Shown: positions 9,620 to 20,789, counted from the first letter of the stretch. The stretch: 35,953 bases of DNA from Sanchytrium tribonematis (GCA_018985235.1 JADGIG010000036.1:1-35953), one strand, 5' to 3'. A program made the numbers and translations. Notes: generated by a model from the letters alone, not told the origin.

Positions 9620-12600
9620 ATGATTGGACACTTTATCAAATCTACAGTTTTTGAAGTCTTCTTCTTGTTGGCTAAAGATAATGAAATAATTGACAAGCTG
9701 GTAGCAATTGGCCACCTGACAGATGTAGTGCAAAACTTGGCATATATTTTTTATTACACAATTCCATGGGGGAATCCTGTTTTCCAAAATATATGCATGT
9801 ATTTGAATTTGAATTTTAAAAACAATGTTGTTTTTGCAATTTCACTGTTATTCATCTTGTTATTCATTTTCAATTTCTCATATTTATGTTGGCAGGTTCA
9901 ATCAAATGGCAGTATACACACCACAAAGATCTTAGCCGTCACGAGGTATCAGTATGGTTTGCTTAGTACTTTACTGTTCTTTCCAACTTTAGAACAACTG
10001 TTAAATAACATAGAATTTGATACAGGCTTGGCATTGTTTATTGCTTTGGTATGTATTATGGTCTTAATTGTCTACTGCATTATTGTTTGCTTAGGGGCAT
10101 TCTTACTATTTTCTCCAACGCCGAATGTGAGATCTCATACAGGTAGAAATAGCCAGAGAATCGATTTATTTGAAATTTTGTTCAAAGTGTTCACTGCAAT
10201 CGGATTTGGATTTTTTGATCCTAAAATAGGATGTTTTGTTCTGCTCCTTGGTTGGACCATCTTGTATACATCCAGTTTCATCGCTCCTGCCTTTTATAAT
10301 TTCTCTAGCAATATTATTAGAAGTGGTTTTTTTCTTGGGCTTTTGATTTCTTCTTTGAGTTCAGTAGCAGTTACTTTTAATCCAAGTCGAAGGTACTATT
10401 CATGTTATTTAATGATTGTTGGATTTATTTTGAGTTCATTAGTTGGAATGATTATCTATTATTTTTACATAAAATCTAGAAAACTACCTCCTGGAATTTT
10501 TTTCTACGCGCTGAAATGCATTGAATCACGAGGGTCAAGTTCAAGTATTAAATATCGAAGTATGCTTCGAAATATAACTGATGAATGGATTAGTACCATG
10601 TGGAGCCCATTGGAAGTTGTGAATGTAATTCAGATACTATGTAATATCGTTTACTCTAAAAATAAGGAAAGTTTTATACACTCCTTGGTCATGAATCAAG
10701 AGGAAGATGAAAATGAAAAAGAGAATGAAGTTTTAGAGGCAGATGTAGTAGAAAAACGAGAGGGGCGAAAAGATGAGAAACTGCTTTACAAAATATCAAT
10801 TAACTTCAATGAGATCGCAAGACTAGTTTGTTTACAAGTGTATGAATCTGGGAAAAACAGATTCGAGACCTCCACATGGATTTCTGCACAATATCTTATG
10901 TTTCTGGAATTTTCAAACGATATATTTCCCAACTTAAAAAACTTGAGGAGTTTGAAATTTCATGCAGAAGAATTATTGAATCGAACGTTTTTAGAGGAAA
11001 AATCAATTGATGTTCATTATGTATTGTTCTCGTTTTACAAAATGAAGGTATTTGAAAAAGCAAGAACTAAAAAAGGATATTTGAAAAAGGTTGTTGATAT
11101 TGTTGCTTTTCAACACGACAAAGATAAATTTATTGAAAATCTTCATCTTGTGATTAATTCTGGAAAACAATTGGTATCCCTTCTTGAAAAAAACCTTTTA
11201 ACATTTGATTTGTTCGTATCTATTTCTTCTGATTTCCAAATGCATTGGAACCTCGCGAAAGAATATTTGAAAAAAGGCCTTAATCGAGAACCGATGTCAG
11301 GGGAGCTTTTGCTCCTGTTCAAAGAGTCAACTTTTATTTTTGATAAAAACAAGGATTTAGGATTTTATCTAAATTCAGTTATGAATGCAAATGCTAGGGC
11401 AAGCGAAGAAAAATTATTGGGAAGTCTAGAAGACAACGAAATAATGATAGAGAAACATAAAAAATCATTATTTCAGACTCGAAATCACCTACCCATGCAC
11501 TTGGCAAGAGTTTATAAATTTTCGGAAGTATTTTTCAGAACACAATTTATTCTAGCATTGTTATTGTACGTATCATTCTTCTGCTTAGTATTGTTCTATT
11601 TGAAAGATCAAGACTTATTTCTTATCAAAGAAAACTATAAAGTTCTGACATACGGAATTAGTTGCCAATCATTTTTTTATAACAAATTTTCTTTTCAATA
11701 TCTTCAGAACAGTTCTTTTTTTCAGGCTTGCGGTGATGACGTTATGTATATGAAGGCTGAATGGAAAGAAATATTGACCTCAGACTATCTCAAGCAATTA
11801 AAACCCAGTCCATTCGAACTAAATGTGACCAACTTTGATAATGATTTGGAGTATACATCATTTGGTATTCAAAATGGCGATTTTCAATGGAATGCGAACA
11901 ATTTTCTAAAAGACACCTCACAGGATATCAATATCAATCAAAATATGGCATTTATTAATCAGAACTATCTAGAGTTTTTTAAATCTATTCACGAGACAAG
12001 TGAATCTAAGTTTGACGCATTACTGGCCAAATTTTTGGTTTATTTTGGCGCTTTCTACTTTTTATTAATTGTCTCTCTATTTCCCATGAGTTACTATCTC
12101 TACAATTCTATTAAGCTGGATATGTATTTGAGATTTATGTAGGAAGGTAGATGAAAATTGTTTTTCGTATTCACAAGAAGCTATTAGGTTTAAATTTGAC
12201 CTTGACTATCTGTACCAAATAAGCCTAAAAACCGTTGACAAGTGGTCAAAAGCCACGTCTGAGTATGTGCAGACTTATGATATAACCCGAAATCTCAAAT
12301 TGAAACTTCTAATTCTATTAATGTTATATTTAGGATCTGCAGGAGTAGCATATTATATTCAAAATAGTGCTAGTGATTTATTAGGAAGATACTATGATGC
12401 CGCAGTTTGGATGAGAGTGAGGACATACTACGATTATGCACTTATCTCAAGTGCATCCTACTTTGTGCAAATGCAGCTTAGTAACAATAGCCAGGATATC
12501 ATCCTGAGGGCAAAAAATGCCATGATTTATAATCTCGAGGCTCATAAAAATGTAACCTCATCATTTTTTAAAGGATTGACAGTAGAGGGAGTTTCTATAT

Positions 12601-13055
12601 TGAATGGCACTTCACCTGCAGAGTTCTGGAATATGGAAGATACCAAATTGTATTTTGGCAATAATTGTGTAGAACTGACCAATTGCAACTCTCCTGTACT
12701 TGGTCATCGTGGAATAATGATGACCTCTAAATTATTAAAGTCTATCAGCAATTTGCAGTGGAGTGATGACATAGTTCTTTACCAATTGTCAATTCTTGAA
12801 TCTTCACGATATCTTGATTCCCAATTACGCTTTCTAGAAAAAATTGATATTGAATTCGAGAGTAGATACCAATTTGTAGAAGACGCGTGTGGTTTTATGA
12901 TTGGAATTTGCATTTTGATGCTACTAGTTGTTTACAAATTGTCCATGAGAACCATTAAGCAACTCGCTAGAACTCATAATCGAATAAAAATATTGAAGGA
13001 GATATGTGTCGGAACAGCGGTTGGCCAGGAATCTCTCAAGAATATTGCTGAATAA
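9620..13055 (+). CDS. Multipass membrane protein resembling the TmcB/TmcC (tiny macrocysts) family, join(9620..12123,12143..13055), 1138 aa
   Basis: About 8 N-terminal TM helices, a TPR-like helical region (VYESGKNRF...YLMFL; SIDVHYVLF; AKEYLKKGLNREPMSGELL), then further TM pairs. A 19-nt intron joins the two track ORFs in frame. The family call is by resemblance only. Confidence 0.7.
12124..12142 (+). other. 19-nt spliceosomal intron GTATTTGAGATTTATGTAG (phase 2)
   Basis: Removal gives GAT AT|G AAG GTA GAT..., which stays open into the 12267-13055 ORF. Same length and -6 A as the other introns. Confidence 0.85.
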
Positions 13056-13333
13056 ATTCATGTTCTACAAGGAACGCACTCTAAAATTAACAAATGAGAG
13101 CCTGTTTAGTTGTTTTTTTTTCATTTCAGCTAATCAAAATTTATAGAATAATTAATCGAAAAGTTTGAAAGGGTATCAACGTATTTACTTAAATAGAAGT
13201 ACATGATCATGTAGCCGGGAAGGTACTCCACCTCTTCTTTGTTTTTATGGATAAAGATCAGAGATCGAATTAAAGTGAATGCTGAGAACTTACCCACCTC
13301 TTGCTGATACAAAACTAAACTGATATTAATAGG

Positions 13334-13960
13334 ATGAGTTGTACGAGTTATAAAGTCTTTGGCAGCTCAACTCTTCCCGAGAGAGGAAATGGATTATTAG
13401 TTTGGGATCATGCAAGCGCTCATACTGGACCAGAAATTGAATTATACTTCCAGAATAAAAATATTAATGTTATTAAAGTTCCGGCAGGAACAACAGGTTA
13501 TTGTCAGTTGCAGATGTTGGTTTGATTAAAAGTTTTGAGGCAGACATTTGAAAATCAATTTTAGACTTCTATAATGAACAAGTGGATGAATTTCAAGCAG
13601 ACCCAAACAAGCTAAAAATCTTCCAAAAACCAGGAATTGTAAAATTTAGAGACTGAATTGTCTTTGAATGGGCAAAATTGACTCCTGAGATTATTGAAAA
13701 AACTTTAAAAACTTGTTATTTGACTAAAAACGTTGAGAAATTACATATGGCAAAAGTAACTGGCTTAGGTAGTTTTTTAAAATTTAGGTTCACAATTCAA
13801 TGCATCATTTAAGCGTTTTTCAGTTTCAAATGCACTTTTAAAAGGATAAACATACTCGATGACTGCAGAAGAGTTCAAAATACACAATTTGATGAAGATG
13901 TTCCTCGATTTGAAGCACAAGAAGAAACCATTGATTTAACTGGTAAAAATGAATAAATAT
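13334..13960 (+). mobile_element. pogo/Tigger-like DDE_1 transposase remnant (C-terminal half, frameshifted)
   Basis: GLLVWDHASAH...IKVPAGTTGYCQ(VADVGLIKSF in the next frame) and EWAKLTPEIIEKTLKTC; contains stops and frameshifts. Confidence 0.8.
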
Positions 13961-14119
13961 ATGAATTAAGTAATTATTTATTGAGTTGAGTATACTGGCG
14001 AAATTACTCACTCAAGTCCCCCAGGGAAGTTAAGCTGGTAAAGATTTTATATGGGTAACAGTGCATTAAAAAAGCGATTAACAAGGAAAGACTTCAAAAA
14101 GCTCTTGATAAAGTGTTTA

Positions 14120-15610
14120 CCCCCCGGAAAATTGAATAGATTTTAGTAAATACTTTTTGTAACCAAAAATGGCAGACAAAAAGCAGACACCGGTAGAGAC
14201 TAAAAGAAAAGCTTTGCACAAGCATCCCAGACCAAAAGGCGCTACTTTCTGCACCAGCTCATCTAAAGAACCCCAAAGAAATTTCCAGAAAATAGAATAC
14301 AACTCCAAAGACGATATTGGAGAAAAAATGCGCAAAATATTTTAAATTTTAAAGGGAAAAAAACGCGAAAATTGGCACCACTTGGACATAATATGAAATT
14401 TGCGAGTATCAAAGAAACTACTATTGAAAGAATCAAGTTTATGATGGATTGAAAAATGGTTATTAATTAAAAAAATGGATTGGAAAATGGATTGAAAACC
14501 AGAAATTAGAATGTGTATTAGATGATTCTTTCAAAATATCATTAAACTGGTACAAAGCAATGCTAAAAAGAAATGGATTAATCAACAGATTATCTACTTA
14601 ATCCACTAAAAAAGAAAATATGGAACTGGCAAATTCGGCTGCACAATACATTTATGATGTTAGAAAAGAATCTGCAATTACACGGAAGACAATATTTTAT
14701 TTATAGATGAAATCGTTATTTGGATGGATGTTGGGAAACCGAAGCCTGTTGCGAAAAAAGAGGCATATGTAGTTCCTTGTTTCCAATGAAAAAACAAGTG
14801 CTACATTTATGATTGCAAAAAAGAAAAATGGATCAAAAATTATACCATTTATTGTAAATGCAAAAAGTGCAGCTAAATTAGACACCATTGAGATCAAAGA
14901 AGATTGTGTTATGGAATATACTAAAAAGGGATGGGTAACTCAATCATTATTAGTCAAATATTTAAATTACATTTTAACATTTGGAAATGCATTGCTCATT
15001 TGGGATCATTGTTCAGCACATGGAGCATCTAAATCAGGAAACACTATGAGTGAATTTTTAGACAATAAGAAACCAAATGCTTATATGTTCCAAAAGGCGC
15101 AACTGGGTATTGTCAAGTAGCAATTATTAGATTTTTAAAGTGTAATATCAGAAAGTCTATCAGAGCCTTTTATACTAAACAAGTTCACAATTTATGGAAA
15201 AATTCTGAGTTGTCAAAAGTATTATATAAACCACTTATTGGTAATTTGAGAAATGGATTGTAGAGCATTGGAATCAAGTTCCACTTTCCATTATTAAAAA
15301 TGGTTTAAAAACACGTTACTACAGTGAAACTATTGGAGATTTGCACATTGGAAAAAGACCAAATGTTTGACCCAGTTATGGCTTCTTTAACTAGAGGTCC
15401 AGCATATTCTGACTCATTTGATTTTTACGATGATATTGAGGTTACTGATGAAGGATTTCCAGTTTATGACTTTGAAAATCAAACTGAAGAGTCAGAAGTG
15501 ATGGTTTGCTCATTGTTAAGTGAAGAAGAAATTTATTGATTTGATAGAACTTTTTTATTATGGGGGGATTGTATTTTTATAGTCAAAATCTTATCCCATT
15601 CTCCCGGGGG
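14120..15610 (+). mobile_element. Second, longer pogo-like DDE_1 transposon remnant with possible eroded TIRs
   Basis: FIDE-like first Asp, KGWVTQSLL, ALLIWDHCSAH and VPKGATGYCQV motifs. Imperfect inverted ends CCCCCGGAAAATTGAATAGATTTT (about 14121-14144) and AAAATCTTATCCCATTCTCCCGGGGG (15585-15610). Confidence 0.75.
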
Positions 15611-16093
15611 AATTTATTAGGAGGAAGGAATTGGATGGGTAAACACTTTATTACTTTCTGAGGTGATGTTTGTGGTTGATTGACTTCACTTGAATGATCC
15701 GCTGCTATTTAAAAGAACGATGTCTTATTAAGAATTGTGTGCAGGATGATGTAATCACATGGGATCCTGTTTGTGCTGTTGGTGACACTTCAGATGTTCG
15801 AGTGTGTGACATTGTACCGATAACTTAGTGTACGATGTCAAGTTTTAAAAAGAAATAGAGTAAGCGAAGATACTGAGTTAGAATGAGTTTAAATAATTTC
15901 TTTGAATTAAAGGACTTATAATATAGTCAATGGTGTGTCAGGAAAAAATAGAAGGAACGCTGAATGGCACAATGACCACAATGGAAGCCGAATTGGTTTA
16001 ATTCCAAACACGACAAAAAAGTCAAATGAAAAAGAAATTAGAGACCAAATACGGGTGTATCATAAACAGATTGAATAAGAACATCTTTTCAAG

Positions 16094-16114
16094 ATCGGGA
16101 ATTTCTATCGGGAA
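16094..16114 (+). repeat. Left inverted repeat of the YR element (two ATCGGGAA motifs, 13-nt period)
   Basis: ATCGGGAATTTCTATCGGGAA read directly from the sequence. Confidence 0.85.
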
Positions 16115-16139
16115 ATAAAATAAATATTTTTTGAAACAT

Positions 16140-18034
16140 ATGCCATCTCTTCAATCTTCTCCCAAGAAGGGAAATCTGGATAGTCTATTATTAACTCAAA
16201 TGAATACTCGTATGGAGAGTACAAATGAAAAATATGGAACTTGCATTAATGTATTTATTAAATTTTGTAATGAGAATGAATTCGATTATGAAACGATTTC
16301 AAATCGAACACCCGTCATTATTGCTGGCTTTCTTGAGTATGTTTCTTTTGTCAGAGCTAATAAAGTGTTGAAAGATACATCCTGTGTTTCCTATATTAAT
16401 GCAATAAAGATGTTTATCGAGATAAGTTATTTTGCGATTGGGATATGGCTCTGGAACCATCTCTGTACCTGAAGGAACAAATTAATAAAATATCAAGTTT
16501 AAAAGATGCCGAGGATCAGTCTGAAAGTGATCATTTAGATGACTTGTTAGAATCTGAGTTTGGTGCATTTGCACTGGAAATTAGGCAAATTCCATTAAAA
16601 GAAGACAGTAGAGAATTAAAAGGCGATCCATTTAGTTCAAGATTCTTAAAACGATTTTGCAGTGGAATCCAAAGAGAATTAGCTAGGTTGGATAAAAATA
16701 AAAAATCAGCCAATATTTTTACTGTAAATGATTTGGTGCAGATTGAAGAATCATGGAACTTGTCAACTGTTTGTAATGGTGAATTGCTGTATTTAAAAAC
16801 ATTTATTTTAACTGGTTTTTGGTTGTGGTTAAGATTTAACGATTTACAAAAATTACAATGGGAATCTATAAAAAGAAATTTGCTAGATGTAGAACTAGAC
16901 ACCACATTTAAATATCACAAGATTTTCCTACATGCCAGAAAACATGATGACTCTACAACAATAAGAAATTTATATAAACGAGTACATAAATCTGAATTGC
17001 CATTTTGTGTATTTAACTGTTTAAATTTACTTAAAGAATATGTATCAAAAAATAGAGAGATCAAGGATACAGATTTAGTGTTTCCTAATTATAAAATAGA
17101 GAAAAATTGTTTATTAATTAGCGATTTCACCCAACATTTGGAATCTAGATTCTTTTGTGGTACTTTAATCTAATATAGGTCGAATAAATAAATTACTAAT
17201 TGAAGTAGGAGTATCCGACGGTAATAAGTATACAACCCATGCTATGCGTCGCAGTCAATATATGGTATTTTTTGCACCAAATACACTTACTTTGGATGCA
17301 GAGGCAAACTTTGGTGGATGGGGTGAGGGTTTATCGGGGAAACGTATGTTGAGTGTGTATTTGATTAATAACTCCTTGGATAGTGATTTGGCAATTACAG
17401 ATGGTTTGAGACCAACCCCTCGTCTAATGGAACACAAATATTTTCTAAATATGACACCAATTCCAATTGCAATCAGATAAAATGCATGTTAGAAGAGTTT
17501 AAGAATGAGTTAATTAGTGCTCTTGTAGGTAAAATTGTAGTTGCCACGACATTAGATCATGAAAATACACCAAATGAAAGTAATCGGGGTGTTACAAGGG
17601 ACACTTTAGAAAATTTAAATTTAGAAGCAGGTTTGGCAGAGACTCAATGCCCTTTAATACCTAAAAGTACCTTCAAAACATGTAATGCCTGCTAATTTGC
17701 TCTTCTTTCATATTACAATCAAGGGGTTTAACGAGCAAATATTTCTCAAATACACCAAATTGGACAAATGTTTATTTCATTTTGTACCAATCGTCAATTG
17801 GGGGGATAATATGGTTGTTACTAAGACATTGAGTAATCGTATTAGAAAAAGAATGAGAATTCTTGAGTATTTCCAAACAAGAGGTGAGGATCAGTACATG
17901 GAATTAACATCGGGTATGACAGCTGCACAAATTCCATTATTAATTTCACTACCAAGAAAAATGCGGGAAGGAAATCAAGAAAGAAGTCTACTTCATCACT
18001 TGAGTTAGATTTAGTAAGTGAAGATGACAACTAA
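16140..18034 (+). pseudogene. Tyrosine recombinase gene, frameshifted, with a 19-nt intron
   Basis: KGDPFSS motif; catalytic signature LWLRFND (R), ARKH (K), YTTHAMRR (HxxR), FGGW (W) and MLSVYL (Y). Frameshifts near 16412, 17475 and further downstream. Confidence 0.85.
17160..17178 (+). other. 19-nt spliceosomal intron GTACTTTAATCTAATATAG in the tyrosine recombinase
   Basis: Removal gives TGT G|GT CGA ATA..., joining the R/K half in frame to YTTHAMRR. CTAAT branch motif with A at -6. Confidence 0.85.
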
Positions 18035-18108
18035 ATAATTTAGTAGTAAATATGTATGGTTATATTTTCTGTTTTGATATTTACTACTGTTTATATGTGA
18101 AAGTTTGA

Positions 18109-18129
18109 TTCCCGATATTAATTCCCGAT
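18109..18129 (-). repeat. Right inverted repeat of the YR element
   Basis: TTCCCGATATTAATTCCCGAT; its reverse complement ATCGGGAATTAATATCGGGAA is 19/21 identical to the left copy. Confidence 0.85.
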
Positions 18130-18984
18130 ATGGTATAAATTCACAAGGAGTTTCTGCAACATCGGGAATTTATTTAAATCTTCAATTCGCGTCGCATAGA
18201 CATATAAAATGCATCAATGGAATGCTAGTAATGATAAGAGTTGATTACAGTTTAAAGATAATTTATTTTTATTCCCGAACTTCTCCCGTATATACACATT
18301 GATGCAGCAAAGGCAGCACAAGAGAACATAATCAATTGAAGATTGATGCCACCATGTTGCTTGAAATAGGAATAAATGAGGCGATGGTAGGGCCATATCA
18401 GCACTTACCACAGCATTAGATGACCCAAATCTTGCACAAACTGTTTTCAATCTTTTTAATTACATTGATGGAACTGTAGTAGGGCGTGGTGTTAAATTTT
18501 ACAATATTTGAATAAACAGACCAAAGATACATTTTGATTTGCCTGATTTAAAATTGAATTGACCAGGATGACTTTCCAGGACTTTTTTGCAATTCAATAC
18601 CTTGATGTTTTATAAAAGTAAGGTATTGGAATTGCACTAATTTTGCGCAATATTTTAGCAATCATTGTGGCTAATTGAAAACTTGTTAAGTGTAATGCAA
18701 CATCGAATGACAAACTCGGCTCTACCATTTATCTTCTTTGCAAATGCGTTTTGGACATGATTACCCCCAAGCGCTGAGGCTAGAGGGATCTAAATAAAAG
18801 GTAACAACAGGATTATTGTATACGCAGTCCCCAACTGTGTGTTCACAATTGTCTGGCTGGTTTAACTCTGAAAAAGACTTGCACGGGAAATTCTGGCGTA
18901 GTCGCATAGACATTTACCCGGCTATTGCATCGGCCTAATTCTTTGTTTATCAGTACTATTTATCCAATGCAAACTTGTTTACTA

Positions 18985-19200
18985 TTGATGTAATACCTTT
19001 GACACGTCTTTGCGTGATCTGCGAAATGTTTTTCCAATTGCGGCTTGTTATTTTATTAAATTCTTTCCTTCAAAGGCAACTATTGCTACCGTGTCTTCTA
19101 AAACTCTGTTAACGTGCATTTAAAGCTCTGACATATACTTTATCTCCAATGTTTAGATTTTGATTGTTTTTGTTCTTGTTAATTTCTTCAAATCTATCCC
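18985..19200 (-). mobile_element. LTR-retrotransposon integrase C-terminal (SH3-like) remnant
   Basis: NLNIGDKVYVRALNAR*QSFRRHG / IVAFEGKNLIK*QAAIGKTFRRSRKDVSKV resembles the gypsy-type 'GD.V.v...GP..I....g...rr' pattern. Confidence 0.5.
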
Positions 19201-20789
19201 CTGATTTGATAAATTCGGGTTAAGTTGGTTTTGAATGTGAGATTTTTGATTTTTGGGAACTTCAACCGGAAATGGCAAATTTTTTGGTACCTCAATGTTA
19301 TTTGTGATGTATTTGGAATTCTTCTAGAAGACTCAAAAATGGTAAATGTATTTAGAGCAAAATTTGCGTTGAAAAAGATAAGAAATAATATTTCAGATAT
19401 TCTTAAAAAAATACAAACAATACCCGAACTTTTTCAAATCAATTCAAAGGTAGTATAAAAGCATTTCAATCTGGCACTCCAGATACACAAAAGATCTCGA
19501 AACTTGAAAACATCGTCAAAGATGCTTTTACAGGACATTTAGTTAAAATTACCAAATTAACAAAACATTTGACCTTCAATCACGCGCTATCTTAACTAGC
19601 TGCTTGGTATTTTATTTCACTTCTAAAATTATCAAATTGAATTTTAAAATTGAAAGGTGTTAAATTGGATAATTGAAATAGCTGCTGCCACTAATGATCA
19701 ACAAATTGATAATCTTTTGATAAATATCGTTTTCAAGATTAGTTTTACCAGCACAAAATGCTAATTTATCTTTGAATTTTAATCAGTATTGTAATAAAGA
19801 ACGCATAAGGAGATCGGGTAATAATGCTAGGCTGAAAGGCGAAGATTCGATTGATTTAGATTCGTGATCTCTTTGGTTTTAGATTTGGTTTTAACCTTAG
19901 CTTTTAATTTGGGTGTTGGGCGACTGGCTGGGATGTTTGATTTTTTTGATTTTTTGTTGGATATACAGATGGTTGGCAAATGGTATTTTGATGTGGTCTG
20001 TGTTGGTGTCAAAAGATCAATAGATGCTGCTGCTGTTTGGTCATTTCTGTTAAATCTGGATCTGGATCTGGATATGAATATAAAAGGTCAATATGATTGA
20101 TATTTTCAATGCTCTTATTGGTAGGATCTGTAGATGACTTTTTAAAATATTCATCATATGGAATTCTTGAATCTTTTTCAAATTCATTGTTTAGAGGTAG
20201 AAACCGTCAAAATTAGAGAATAAATCGATAAAATAGCTTATTTCGTGAAATCAAAATTAACAAAATTTTATTGCTTCGATTTAGAGGCCCTTGTCTAAAA
20301 TTGAATAGGTGAAATATGAAATAGTTTTGGTGCTGGGACTTACTCTATATTTTGTCAAATATGGTTTGCGAGATGGTAATATTCCACCAGTTTTTTAATC
20401 TCGAACCCAATGCTCTATATTCAAGGGAGAAGATCCCAAACTCTATTGAAAGAAGTGGTGTTGCAAATCTAGGGAAAAGTTTCACATGACACACTTCAAA
20501 AATCCAGTCAATGACAAAGCCAAAAACTATTTCCAAATTTAACTTTCAGTGATAACTCTTTCATTCTAGATAAAATTATCGTGTCCAGAATGCCAATTCA
20601 TGATGTTGGCTCGAATAAATTTGTTATTTGCAATTCTACTAAATTTTCAGGCAGGTATGGACACTAAACCTATCTAAGTTCAGTTTATTCAAAAAAATCA
20701 GCTAATGGAGGTTATGATGATAAATCTCGAGCAAAAGACGCTGTTAGTCCACTCAAGTCCTTTAAAAGAGACTCGGATCTTTCCCAGTA

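Larger units (their letters stand above)
16094..18129 (+). mobile_element. Crypton-like tyrosine-recombinase DNA element bounded by 21-bp inverted repeats
   Basis: Recombinase motifs inside; ATCGGGAATTTCTATCGGGAA at 16094-16114 and its 19/21 inverse at 18109-18129. No adjacent RT, unlike DIRS elements. Confidence 0.75.

Noticed and set aside
4143..12142. Sequencing frameshifts or programmed ribosomal frameshifting instead of introns
   Set aside because: Each break carries extra non-homologous sequence of the same length with GT/AG ends and an aligned branch motif. NYHQGPEW is restored only by excising 19 nt.
13981..14015. Imperfect hairpin TTGAGTTGAGTA...TACTCACTCAA between the pogo remnants
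   Set aside because: Short, AT-rich and bulged. It may be a TE end fragment, but no function can be supported.
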